Of a stretch of 64,000 nucleotides of DNA, positions 38,596 to 51,550 are shown one piece after another. How positions within the stretch are numbered: position 1 is the stretch's first letter; each line of letters starts with the position of its first letter. Source of the DNA: Octopus sinensis (lineage: Eukaryota). The stretch is from positions 92,876,001 through 92,940,000 of the forward strand of contig NC_043004.1 of assembly GCF_006345805.1 (NCBI RefSeq), written 5' to 3'. A program made the translations under genes and the position numbers. The notes under the pieces were generated by a model. That model worked only from the letters and a program-made list of their open reading frames with translations. It was not told where the DNA came from and ran no database searches.

Positions 38596-39910
38596 CTATG
38601 GACACATAAGTGTAAGCTATGGACACATAAGAGATGCAGCAATGTCAAAGGAAGGCTAACTAGGAAGATGGTTTTTGTATGTGGCAGATGCTCAGGAACA
38701 ATAAACACTGAAAATGCTCTGAGACCAACTTCCATCACTTTCCAGGGAGAAAAACTAGAAATAGTTGATAGTTTCCGTTACCTAGGTGACCAAGTCAGCA
38801 GCGGGGGCGGGTGTGCTGAAAGTGTAACTGCTAGAGTAAGAATAGCTTGGGCAAAGTTCAGAGAGCTCTTACCTCTGCTGGTGACAAAAGGCCTCTCGCA
38901 CAGAGTGAAAGGCAGACTGTATGATGCGTGTGTACGAACAGCCATGCTACATGGCAGTGAAACATGGGCCGTGACTGCTGAGGATATGCGTAAGCTCGCT
39001 AGAAATGAAGCCAGTATGCTCCGATGGATGTGTAAGTACCTTGAGAGAAAAGCTGGACCTAAGAAGCATCAGTTGTGGTGTGCAAGAGAGACGTTTGCGC
39101 TGGTATGGTCATGTGGCGAGAATGGATGAAGATAGTTGTGTGAAAAAGTGCCACACCCTAGCGGTTGAGGGAACCTGTGGAAGAGGCAGACCCAGGAAAA
39201 CCTGGGACGAGGTGGTGAAGCACGACCTTCGAACTTTAGGTCTCACTGAGGAAATGACTAGAGACCGAGACCTCTGGAAGTGTGCTGTGCGCGAGAAGAC
39301 CCGGCAGGACAAGTGAGTCCATAACCCGTGGCCTTCTACATGGGATGGAGCCAGCCTACGTATGCATACCTTCCCTTCTTGGGACACAAAACTCTACTTG
39401 TGAAGACGTGTTGAGGCAAGTGAGGATCAGAATCGAAATCGATCAATGGAAATTGCGGATGTGTTACCAGTGCCGGTGGCATGTCGAAACTCTACTTGTG
39501 AAGACCCGTTGAGGCAAGTGAGGATCAGAATCGAAATCGATCAATGGAAATCGATCAATGGAAATTGCAGATGTGATACCAGTGCCGGTGGCATGTAAGA
39601 GAACTTTCCGTTTCGCGACCGTTGCCAGCACCGCCCCGTTTCGTGTCCGTTGCCAGCCTCGCCTGGCACATAAAAAGCACCATCCGTTCGTGGCCGTAGC
39701 CAGCTCTGTCTGGCACCAGTGCGGGTGGCACGTAAAAAGCACCCACTACACTCACGGAGTGGTTGGCGTTAGGAAGGGCATCCAGCCGTAGAAACACTGC
39801 CAGATTTGACTGGGCCTGATGAAGCCTTCTGGCTTCACAGACCCCAGTAGAACCGTCCAACCCATGCTAGCATGGAAAACGGACGCTAAACGATGATGAT
39901 GATGATGATG
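38596..39910 (+). mobile_element. 5'-truncated RTE LINE (RT C-terminus plus full 3' UTR and (ATG)n tail) in COPS5 intron 2
   Basis: ORFs 38668-39129 and 39005-39316 (FRYLGD, LYDACVRTAMLHGSETW, RRLRWYGHV, GRGRPRKTW) run directly into the repeat that ends CCATGCTAGCATGG...AAACGATGATGATG. Confidence 0.92.
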
Positions 39911-40231
39911 ATATACATACAGACAGAAGACTGAGTGGGAGAGAGAGAATTTATTAACTGAATACAATTGGCATAAACACTTTCCCTCTCTTCATACACA
40001 TAAAGAAAAATATGCTCGCACAGAGAGAGAGAGAGAGAAAACAAGAGAAACATTAAAATGTCTGACATCAAATAAGTCAGCATTGAAACAACAATGCCAA
40101 AAGAGTAGGTGCCAAAATATCTTAAACCCAACAGGCACACCTCAGTGCAGCAGTTGCCCCTTGCATTAAAAGGAACAACAAGTGGTGGGACTATCATGGA
40201 ATGACAGAAATAATAATACAATTTGACTTAC

Positions 40232-40466
40232 TTGTTTTGATGATTCAGTATAGGCGGCCATGTACTCGTATGCCTGAGCCTGTGCATTTACTCGGGTCTC
40301 AGTTCCTTCCACAGGGGCAGCAAAACTGTCCATAACTAACATGGTGTTGCCATCAACTTTACCTAGCAAGAGACCCATTACTTCAAGGTTTCCACCTGAT
40401 CGAGCGTGCATGACCATTTTGAGGAGAGCTAGAGCTGAGATTTTTATATACTTGAAGTAATGCGGA
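40232..40466 (-). CDS. COPS5: CSN5 coding exon 2 ([32 protein letters not shown]...[25 protein letters not shown])
   Basis: ORF track 40166-40417 contains the CSN5 MPN N-terminal half. TTTTCAG acceptor, GTAAGT donor, 235 nt. Confidence 0.98.
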
Positions 40467-40554
40467 CTGAAAATAAAAAGAAACAGGGAACCCTATTTTA
40501 GCAATGTAAATACATAAAACAGTTATGCATTTCTTCACAATTACATATATACTT

Positions 40555-40749
40555 ACTTTTACTTGTTTCAGTCATTTGACTGTGGCCATGCTGGAGCACC
40601 GCCTTTAATCAAGCAACTCAACTCCGGGACTTATTCTTTGTAAGCCCAGTACTTATTCTATCGGTCTCTTTTGCTGAACTGCTAAGTAACGGGGACATAA
40701 ACACACCAGCATCGGTTGTCAAGCAATGCTAGGGGAACAAACACACACA

Positions 40750-40797
<48 letters not shown>

Positions 40798-40968
40798 CAT
40801 ATATACGATGAGCTTCTTTCAGTTTCCGTCTACCAAATCCACTCAAAAGGCTTTGGTCGGCCCGAGGCTATAGTAGAAGACACTTGCCCAAGGTGCCACA
40901 CAGTGGGACTGAACCCGGAACCATATGGTTGGTAAACAAGCTACTTACCACACAGCCACTCCTGCGCC
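40555..40968 (-). mobile_element. SINE family A copy, ~90 nt from the COPS5 exon 2 acceptor
   Basis: Full-length match. Confidence 0.85.
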
Positions 40969-41680
40969 TATATATACATATACACATGCATAGACATGTA
41001 TATGGGTACAAACAAAAAGCTTCCAAAACATATTAATGCTTCAAATTTATAAGATAACTGTGATTCACTCTATTGTTGCTCAGAGTTTCCATGTCTTGTG
41101 AATGAGGATAGGTAATAGGGTTTCTGCAGAGCTTCTAATATAAGGCTGATTTTTCTAGTTAAGGCAGATTACATGATTGAAATGGTGACAATAAAACTGT
41201 CACTCAGCAACTATGGAGACCAATTGAATAATCCTTTTCATCTGTCTTTACGTTCTGAGTTCAAATTCCGCCAAGGTTGACTTTGTCTTTCATCCTTTTG
41301 GAGTCGATAAATTAAGTACCAGTTACATACTGGGGTTGATCTAATCAACTATCCCCTCCCCAAACATTTCAAGCCTCGTGCCTAGAGTAGAAAAGAATAC
41401 ATAATCCTTTACTTGGAAAACAGGTATGGGTTGGTGACAGGAATGGTATCCAGCTGCAAATTGCCACCTTACAATAAGTCTGTTTAACTCATGCTAGCAT
41501 AGAAGAACCGATGTAAACGGAACAAGCAATATACATGATATGTGTATGTGTGCATATAAACATCATCATCATCAATATTTTCTACTTTCCAAGCTGACAT
41601 AGGTTGAATGGCTCAGCATAGCCCAAGTCATATTCATAGTTACTGCCCTTCTGGATGGATTGCCCATGTGCATATCATTG

Positions 41681-42935
41681 TAATACTTACAATAAAATGA
41701 GCTTTGACTTTTGCAGTCTATTGATTTATTTATTTTTTTTGCAGATAGTGGTTATATTTGTATTAATTTTTACCCTTTTAAAATGAGTTTAGACTCATAT
41801 CAAACACAGCTATGTGAATTCAAAAGAGGCTTTTCAGCAATGGAATTAACAAGAAATATTTGTTCTGTGACAGGATATGCTTCTCAACACCAACTACTTT
41901 ACAGCTTTTAATGAGTGTATATTATACTGTGGTTCCAGCTTTTGTCAAGTTACAATCTACTCAGCACTACTTTACAGTTTGTCCATTCACCCACTTATTT
42001 GACAAGCAAAAAAATTCTTTGGGTTTTAAAACATCTGAAAAGATGACAGTTGGATGTTGCTAGGTGAGGAAAAGAAGGCAAACACGGAAAACTTCTATAT
42101 TCAATGTCACAATCTTTTCCTGAGTGACTTGGCAATATATGGTCATGCATCATCATGTAAGAACAACAACTCCTTTATGATTGACCAATGATGAATGCTT
42201 TTGCTACAAATTATTGTGCAATGCTTCTAACAACAATATTTGTCTGCAACGACTGTTTTGCTCTGGTTTAACACTTCATGATAGACAACACTCTTCATAC
42301 CTCACTAAACAGAGAATAACTTCTTTCTAGTGCAGTCCTGGTTGGAGGATGGATTCTTCCTTTTCACTGAGTGCTAAACAATGTTGGATTTGTTGAATAT
42401 GATCATAGGGAACCCACTTTTCTGAGAAGCAGTCAGATGTTGCGGGAGACCCACTGACCAACTTTAGACACGTTTCCTAGTTCATGAAGGTGTTTTATGA
42501 TCAAAATGCGACTTGTATCGGACTATTTTGTTAATTCTTGTTCAAGTATGCTTTGGATCATTGTCAACTACGGTTTTCAAAAGTTCAATATTGAAAGAAC
42601 TTGGTCGTCCAGATTGAGAGGAAACTGCTAGAGAAAAACAAGCCAAACTATTGCTGGCATGTCCAAACACTTTAAGCTTCATTACCATTCACAGAACAAA
42701 TCATCATCATCATCATCATCATCGTTTATCGTCCGTTCTCCATGCTAGCATGGGTTAATTCCATTGCTGAAAAGCTTCTTTTGAATTCACATAGCTGTGT
42801 TTGATATGAGTCTAAACTCATTTTAAAAGGGTAAAAATCAATACAAATATAACCTCTATGGTATAAAATAATCTGCAAAGAAAAAAATAAATCAATAGAC
42901 TGCAAAAGTCAAAGCTCATTTTATTGTAAGTATTA
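41681..42935 (-). mobile_element. Mariner derivative with ~190-bp inverted ends in COPS5 intron 1
   Basis: 41681-41870 is the reverse complement of 42689-42935 apart from a short LINE-tail insert. The minus strand retains eroded mariner motifs (SGRP, WVP, HDNARPH-like, SPDLAPSD-like). Confidence 0.8.
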
Positions 42936-43089
42936 TAAAAGACCCCTCAAAGTGATCATGTCAAAAATGCCACAGGACTTTTTCCAACCTTATATATGTG
43001 TATGTATATAATTATTAGTGTATATGTGTGTGTGTATGGAGACAACGACTAGTGGGCAGACCTTTGACAATATGCTGTGTTTGAGCAAG

Positions 43090-44680
43090 TGAAAATGTGG
43101 TCATGGCCGATGCTGGTGTCACGTAACTGGCATAGAAAAGGTACCTTTCAAGCCTCATAGAGGCAAGGTGGCCAATGCTGGTGGCATGTAAAAAGCACCT
43201 TTTGAGTGTGTTGGGCCTCAGGGAGGCAATGACAAATGACCAAGGCCATTGGGCCATGCTTGAGAAGACCCATCAAGCCAAGTGAAATTGTAGTCATGGA
43301 AGATACTGGTGTCATGCAAATGCCGGTGGCACATAAAAAGCACCCATAACACTCTTGGAGTGGTTGGTGTTGAGAAGGGCATCCAGCCATAGAAACCATA
43401 CCAAATCAGACTAGAGTCCGGTACAGCCTTCCAGCTTGCCAGCCCTGGTCAAAATGTCCAACCCATGCCAGCATGGACAATGGATGTTAAATGATGATGA
43501 TGATGATATATATATTAATGTATATGTGTGTATGTGTTTGTGTGTGTTTATATGTATACCATCATTATTGTTTAACATCCGTTTTCCATGCTGGCATGGG
43601 TTGGATGGTTTGACTGAGGTCTAGAAAGCCAGTGACTGCACCAGGCTCCAATCTGATCTGGCAATGTTTCTACAGTTGGATGCCCTTCCTACACTCTGAG
43701 AGTGTAGTAGGTGCTTTTTACGTGCCACTGGCACAGGAGCCAGTCAGGTGGGTCTGGCATCGATCACGTTTGGATAGTGCTTTTTATGTGCCACCAGCAC
43801 AGAGACCAGTCAGAGAATACTGGCATCGGCCATGTTTGGATGGTGCTATGTCAAACTGACATGAAAGCCAGTCAGGCGCACCTGGAATCAACCATATTCG
43901 GATGATGCTTTTAACATGCCACCAGCACAGGAGCCAGTCAGGTGCACCTGGCATCGACCACATCCAGATGATGCTTTTTACATTCGACCGACACAGGAAC
44001 CAGTCAGGGGGTACTGGCCACCGCTATGATATTGGTTTTATTTGACTCGACAGGTCTTCTCAAGTATATCATATCACCCGATGCATCAGGGGTACTCTTA
44101 ACTGGGCCGGACATGCGTGGCTGTGATCTCACTTATATATATATGTGTGTGTGTGTGTATATATATACACACACACACATATATAAATATATATATTATA
44201 TGATCTTCAAGTGTTGGGCCTCACTGAGGCAATGATGAGTGACTGAGACCTTTGGCGATATGCTGTGCTTGAGAAGACTTGTAAAGCCAAATGAAATCGT
44301 AGTTGTGGCCATTGCCAGTGTCATGTGAATGGCACCCATGAAATCATAATGATTGTTGCTGGTAGAATGCCAGGCCTCACAGAGGCAATAATAAGTGACT
44401 GAGGCCTTTGGTGATATGCTGTGCTTGAGAAGACTTGTCAAGCCAAGTGAAATCATAGTCATGGCCTTGGCAGTGTCATGTAAAATCATACTTATGCCAG
44501 TGGCACATAAAAAGCACCCATTACACACTCAGAGTGGTTGGCATTACAAAGGGCATCCAGCCAAAGAAACCATGCCAAATCAGACTGGAGTCTGGTGCAG
44601 CTCTCCAGTTTACTAGTTCTAGTCAAACCATCTAACTCATGCCAGCATAGAAAGCGGACGTTAAATGATGATGATGATAA
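43090..44680. mobile_element. Three older RTE 3' copies in +/-/+ orientation
   Basis: Diverged family matches with (ATG)n tails near 43500 and 44670 and a reverse copy at about 43570-44070. Confidence 0.7.
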
Positions 44681-45564
44681 ATATATATAAGTAAATACAT
44701 ATATCATCACCATTTAACAGCATCCGTGTTCGATGCAGGCATGAGCTGGACAGTTTAATATAGGATCCAATGGATTTAATGTCTACTTTTGCTCTTTTTA
44801 TCAACAACTGCTTTGCAGTGTATTCTTATGTGGCACCAGCATTAGTGAGATCATGCAGCTTGCCTAACTACAAACCCCAAGAGAGGTGACTTCATGCTAT
44901 GAGAGAAGGAGCCAAAGCACAACAGCTATATAGCTCCTCTTGCTGTGGAAGAGCTACATAGCAACTCACATTTTACAAAAGAGGGTGTGGTGATCGGGGT
45001 GGTATTGAGAAGACATAAAAATAGTGGTGATGAGGTGTCTAGGTGAACCCTCAAGACATGAGGTGTGTAGCAGTGAAAGGAGATAGTAGAACAGGGAATG
45101 TGGATAGGTAGAATTTGATAGTGTATGGGAGAATGAGAGATATGAAGTGGGTGAGGAAGTAAATATAATGAATGAAGGACAAGTATTGAGGGATAAGTAG
45201 AAGAGACAGGGAAGAGGAGGAGACAGCTATGGAGATTGGACAGGGCTGAAGGATGGACGTAATGAGTGGCAGATAAGGAATGACCAATAATGCATGTGGG
45301 TGAAGAGCTGCAAAATAATAATGATGATATAGCAGAGAGGAGAAAGATGGAAAAGAGAGAGATGACGTGATTGGGTAAGTTGCAAGAGTGTGAGAAGTAG
45401 AGAGAGGCAGGTGTAATGCATAGGGAGATGAGACATGTGGTGGTAGAGGAAAGATAATCTGATGGTTCAGATAGGTGTTCAATGTAAAATGAGGGAGGGG
45501 AGGACAGTATTAAAAACAAAGAATCAATAACAAGAGGTCGTGGCAGTATCTTGAAAAGAAAATT

Positions 45565-46560
45565 GGACAAAGGGCTAGTGCCGCCTTGGCTGGCTTCCGT
45601 GCTGGTGGCCCGTTAAAAGCACCAACCAATCGTGGCTGATGCCAGATCGCCCCTGGCACCAGTGCAGGTGGCACGTAAAAAGCACCCACTACACTCACGG
45701 AGTGGTTGGAGTTAGGAAGGGCATCCAGCCGTAGAAACACTGCCAGATCAGACTGGAGCCTGGTGCTGCCCCGGGCTTCCCAGACCCCGGTCGAACCGTG
45801 CTAGCGCGGAAAACAGACGTTAAACAATGATGATGATGACAGCACTTTTAGAACTGTGTTTCACCAAGGTGGGCAGGTCATCTCAAGAACCACATATCAC
45901 AAGTCATCATCTGACACCTTGTCATCTGTTCCATGAACTTCAAGGTCTTCAAATCAGCCTGCACATTTTGTGCCATATCTCCCTGGGTCTCCCTCTTGTA
46001 TAAGCTCCATTCACATATGTATGGCACTTTTTCATACAGCTCTTTTCATCAATAACCATTACACATCCATACCAGTCCAGTCTTCCTTCTTGCACACTAT
46101 AACTCTGACTCCTCTTACACTCAGATTTTCTCTCAGCACATTTATGCAACATTCATGCACACTTACATTGCACATTCAATGGAGCATGCTTTCTTCATTT
46201 TCTTTCCAGTCTTCTCAAGTCCCATTACCAAGCATCGTTGCAGTTCCAACATAAGCATCATACAATCTAACCTTTGTTACCAGAAACAGTAGTAGCTCCC
46301 TGAACTTTCCTCAACCCATTCTTACCCTGACTGCAATACTTCCAGAGCTACCACCTAATTATATCTCTTAGGTAACAAAAGCTATTGACTACTTCAAGTG
46401 AGCCATCAAGGCATTTAAAAGTATCTATTTCTTGTGTGCATACAGAATACACTGCTCCATTGCATCTATCACATGCAAAGTTTGTTCTCTGCTAGTCTGC
46501 TTGTGATTTCACTCCACCTTTTGTTCGTCCATACCTTACTATCAGTATAGCATAGAGAGT
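45565..46560. mobile_element. RTE 3' UTR copy (+, 45565-45840) followed by a decayed RTE RT fragment (-)
   Basis: Family match; ORF 45949-46152 has GRLDWYGCV and GRPREIW. Confidence 0.7.
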
Positions 46561-47074
46561 TTATCGCATATTGTGCAAGACCATTTCCTTCAAGATACAA
46601 GAGTTATGTCTTCTTTCCTACAAATTAAGACATTCATGTTTATTAACTTTACCATTAAGATCTCACAGTTCAAGGCTTAGAAATTTTCTAATTCGACCCA
46701 AAGATTCCGCAATGAGAACAAGATCGTTGGCATATACAAATCTAAAACTCCTCTGTGATGGTCATATGTACACATACACACATACATTTATAAACACATC
46801 AACATATATGTGCACACAGACACATGACTACTTTTCCAGGTTTGCATGGGTTAGACGGAATTTGTTGAGACAGAATTTTCTCTGGCCAGATGCAATACAT
46901 CGTTGTACACGTGTGTGCGAGTATACATAAGGACATGTGTATATTAGAGGTATACATAACTGTATACAAAGATGTATTGCATCTGGTCATAGAAAAATCT
47001 GTCTGAACAAATTCCGTCTGATCCATGTAAGCATGAAAAAGTGGCTATGTGTATGTACACATACATGCAATGAT

Positions 47075-47420
47075 GCGTAGCTGTGTGGTAAGAAGCTTGC
47101 TTCCCAACCACATGATTCCGGGTTCAGTACCACTGCGTGACACCTTGAGCAAGTGTCTTCTACTTGTGTCGAGCCGACCAAAGACTTGTGAGTGAATTTG
47201 GTTGACGGAAACTGAAAGAAGCCTGTCGTGTATGTGTCTCCTTCTCCCCGCCATCGCTTGACAATTGATGCTGATATGTTTACGTTCCCGAAACTTAGCA
47301 GTTTGGCAAAAGAGACCGATAGAATAAATACTATGTTTACAAAGAATAAGTCCTGGAGTCGATGTCTTCGACTAAAGGCGGTGCTCCAGCATGGCTGCAG
47401 TCAAATGACTAAAACAAGTA
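47075..47420 (+). mobile_element. SINE family A copy
   Basis: Diverged match. Confidence 0.8.
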
Positions 47421-47847
47421 TATATATACATATATATTGCCATATAATTTTATTTAACTCATATTACTTATACGTCGTATACATATAATACATTTTATAT
47501 ACATATAAACGCAAGATAATGGAATTTTTACACCAAAACAACAAAATACCCCCAAAGAATTTTATCTACTGTTCTAGCCATTTTAAACACGTAAATCTAT
47601 AATATTAATTCTAACAAAGACACAAAGCCACAATTGCAGAGAACGATAAAATGAAAGAAATCCAATCTAATACTTAATTAGTACTCTATTATTCGTTTCA
47701 AGATAAATAAAACACAAAGTTGACAACGGTAATACATTGAATACAGAAGACAACGATTGCCAGGTTTCTTCTGTTGTTCTTCTTTACTGCTTTGGCAGAG
47801 ATTTTTTTTGTTTTTATTCACGTTTAATATCAGTTAAAATGACTTAC

Positions 47848-47981
47848 TTTTTCTCCCATGGTTTCGCTGTGAGTATATCCTGCTGTTGTTTCTTGTCGTA
47901 CCGATATATTTCGTCCACACTGCTCACCGTTTCCACACTATTCTGCAGACACCAAGTCTTGTGCGAGGTTTCGGCATCCAT
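47848..47981 (-). CDS. COPS5: COP9 signalosome subunit 5, coding exon 1 ([44 protein letters not shown])
   Basis: Manual translation matches the CSN5 N-terminus (DEIYxYDKKQQQxILxAKPW). ATG at 47981-47979, GTAAGT donor after 47848, phase 2 matching exon 2. Confidence 0.95.
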
Positions 47982-48070
47982 GTTTACTTCTCCTAGCGGT
48001 GGTCGTCTCACATCCAATTACTTCCGCTGACAAGAGAAGACAACCGAGTAGAAACCGAGTCTACAAAAAA
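47982..48070 (-). promoter_or_regulatory. COPS5 5' UTR / core promoter region
   Basis: CpG-containing stretch just upstream of the ATG, with an ETS-type CGGAAGT (plus-strand ACTTCCG, 48020-48026) and a CCAAT (48014-48018). TSS cannot be determined from sequence. Confidence 0.45.
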
Positions 48071-48103
48071 TTGCCAAATCATGTAATAGGTGTTACATGC
48101 TTA

Positions 48104-48710
48104 GCGGTGGCGAGCTGGCAGAATCGTTAGCACGCCGGGCGAAATGCTTTGCGGTATTTCGTCTGCATTACGTTGTGAGTTCAAATTCCGCCGAGGTCGA
48201 CTTTGCCTTTCATCCTTTCGGGGTCGATAAATTAAGTACCAGTTACGCACTGGGGTCGATGTAATCGACTTAATACCTTTGTCTGTCCTTGTTTGTCCCC
48301 TCTGTGTTTAGCCCCTTGTGGGTAATAAAGAAATAGGTATTTCGTCTGCCGTTACGTTCTGAGTTCAAATTCCGCCCAGGTCGACTTTGCCTTTCATCCT
48401 TTCGGGGTCGATAAATTAAGTACCAGTTACGCACTGGGGGCGATATAATCGACTTAATACCTATGTCTGTCCTCCTTTGTCCCCTCTCTGGTTAGCCCCT
48501 TGTGGGTAGTAAAGAAATAGGTATTTCGTCTGTCGTTACGATCCGAGTTCAAATTCCGCCGAGGTCGACTTTGCCTTTCATCCTTTCGGGGTCGATAAAT
48601 TAAGTACCAGTTACGCACTGGGATCGATGTAATCGACTCAATCCCTTTGTCTGTCCTTGTTTGTCCCCTCTATGTTTAACCCCTTGTGGGTAGTAAAGAA
48701 ATAGTTATTT
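48104..48710 (+). repeat. SINE family C head followed by three tandem ~184-bp body units
   Basis: GGTATTTCGTCTG recurs at 48153, 48336 and 48520. Confidence 0.9.
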
Positions 48711-50379
48711 TATTCGTAGTCGCCAAACCTCTTTCTGAAATTACACCTTTCTGTCTTATAAAAATAAATCCTTTCTACTTACTATAAGCAGAAGGCCTGA
48801 AACTTTGTGGGGGAAGATTCTAGTCGATTTCCTCGACTCCGGTGCTCAACTGGTATTTATTTTATTGAACATTAAAGGATAAAAAACCAAAGTCGACTTC
48901 GGCCGAATTTGAACTCAGAACATAAAGACAGACAAAATGCCGCTAACTATTTTGTCCAGCATACAAAAGATTCTTCCATCTCACCGCCTTTATTTTACAA
49001 AAATAACACATATTATAATGTTTTTCTAAATATCCCTCCTTAAAAATACATGATCATTATTGGAAGAATTTTAATCATAAATGAAAGATAAACACTGACT
49101 TGGAACTAAAACATAACATAGATGAGGGAGCCGTTATGTCGGAGTGCTGGAAATAACACTCAAATCGTACCTTACCGTTGTAACTGGAAGGACACGGTTA
49201 ATATTGTAGTCTTTGACAAATCTCTAAAGAAGGATCCGTAATCAGTGCTGGATTACATTTTATTATAAATCTATTCAATCAGGCCTGACAACACTGATTG
49301 ACAAAATGACAGAAAGTAGATACATTTTGATATTAAGAAGGATGGATAGAGTGACTGGTATTAATTTTATTGATCCTGGACTGAGTGGTGAATAGTTAAT
49401 TCGATCTCAGAGGTATTGGAATACAGAATGTAAAGGGACGTAACTAAATACATGATATTTTGACAAGCAGATGCGCTGACAAACACACAGACTATTAAAT
49501 ATATTGATTTTAATAAATGATAATTTCTATTGTGGTTATAAACCTTTATTTATAGAAATCCATCTCTACGTTTGTTATTTTATCAGAGTTATTTTATTAT
49601 CTGGATTTACTAATTTTTCATAGATGAGTTCTTCTCTGCAAGTGGTACCAACCTAACGTAGAAAGAAAAAAAACACACAAAAGGTGGTAGTGAACATTAG
49701 CGTACCAAATTAATTTTAATGTTAAAAGAAAGCAATTTAGTTATTTTTTTGGCTTGTCTCCTCTTTGATCTTAATACTTTTTCGTAGTTGATCTCTTCAC
49801 AAGTAGCATTCTAACGTAGGAAAAAAAGAAAAGTAGCACAAAGGGTGATAGTAAATATTAGGGTATGAAGTTAATTACAATATTAGAAAAGAGTAGCCTG
49901 GATGTTGGTGTATATGTTTTCTCATTGGATCCCAGTCGTCAACCCAGAAATATATGAATCTGTTGTGGGATTAGACGAAAGTAACTGTTTACCCAGAAAG
50001 CATGTAAGAAGTCAGAAGGCCACTGGTTTTTGAAGAAACTGGTTGAAAGGTCTTAAAGAAATTGTATATGTTGTTGAAAATTAAGTTCTCATTAACCAAT
50101 ATGCTCTGATTATTGGTGACATTCTTTTGATGAAATACAGTTCTTACTACATGCATTTAATCCATTATCTTGTGAATCACATTAGATTTTTGATAATCAT
50201 CATCTTCAGACAAACTGTTGAGTCCTTTTGATCTCATACTGAGAAAAACTTGAAACAAATGAACAGTACATCAGAAGATTATTTGATAAATTACTTGAAT
50301 GCTAGTACATACTGATATGCAATGAAATGATAGTAACTGAACATTTGAAAAACAATTCTTATTGTTAAAAATGAACAAT

Positions 50380-51550
50380 CATCATCATCGTTTAACGTCC
50401 GTTCTCCATGCTAGCATGGGTTGGATGGTTCGACCGGGGATCTGGGAAGCCAGAAGGCTGCACCAGGCTCCAGTCTTATCTGACAATGTTTCTACAGCTG
50501 GATGCCCTTCCTAACGCCAACCACTCTGTGAGTGTAGTGGGTGCTTTTTACGTGCCACCTGCACAGGTGCCAGGTGAGGCTGGCAATGGCCACAGTCGAT
50601 TGGTGCATTTTACGTGCCAATGGCATGGAAGCCAGTCGAGGCAGCACTGGCATCGGCCACGATTTGGATGGTGCTTTTTACGTACCACCAGTCCAGGGGT
50701 CCTGGCACCTGCCGGGTGCCAGTCATAGGATTGGTTCAATTAGCTATATCATTGATTTGCTTTTGTTCGTTAAACATATAATCTTAGGATCTTTTTAAAA
50801 TATACACCTATTTTAATAAACTAATTTCTTGTATCATGCTATAAAGTTTGAGAGAAGATGCAGTTGATTAGTCCTGTATTTTATTGGTATTTATTTCATT
50901 GACCATAAAAGGAAACGATGCAAAATTACCTAGCCAGGATTTTAACTCAGAAGGTAAAAAGATGTAATAGCTCTGTGAAGACGTGTCACACCCTAACAGT
51001 GGAGGGAACCTGTAGTAGAGGTACACCCTGGAAGACCTGGGATGAGGTAGTGAGGCATGACCTTCGAACATTGGGTCACACAAAGGCAATGACAAGCAAC
51101 CAAGACCTTTGGAGATATGCTGTACTTGAGAAGACCCAGCAAGCCAAGTGAAATTGTAGTCATGTCCGATACTAGTGTCACATAACTGGCCCATTTAAAA
51201 GTACCTTTCAGTCGTCGAGCAATATGCTGTGCTTGAGAAGACCTGTTGAGTCAAGTGAAATCATTGTCATGGCCAATACCAGTGCCACCTAACTGGCTCC
51301 TGTGCCAGTAGCACGTAAAAAGCACCATTTGAGTGTGGTTGATGTCAGTACTGCTTGACTGGCCCCCACGCCAGTGGCACATAAAAAGCACTCACTACAT
51401 TCCCTGAGTGGTTGGCATTAGGAAATCTCCCTGTGGAAACCTTACCAGAACAGATTGGAGCCTGGTGCAGCTTCCTGGCTTGCCAGTCTTCAGTCAAACT
51501 GTCCAACCCATGCCAGCATGGAAAGTGGACGTTAAATGATGATGATGATG
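50380..51550. mobile_element. Back-to-back RTE 3' copies (- at 50380-50740; + with RT end at 50960-51550)
   Basis: Family matches; ORF 50918-51151 contains KTCHTLTVEGTCSRGTPWKTWDEVV. Confidence 0.75.

Noticed and set aside
44926-45570. 214-aa minus-strand ORF, among the longest in the track
   Set aside because: Low-complexity L/S/H/P translation of a purine-rich strand with no recognisable domain.
48153-48706. Regularly spaced direct repeats suggestive of a CRISPR array (also 13823-14100, 34685-34960)
   Set aside because: Whole units repeat with no unique spacers, there are no cas genes, and the context is eukaryotic.
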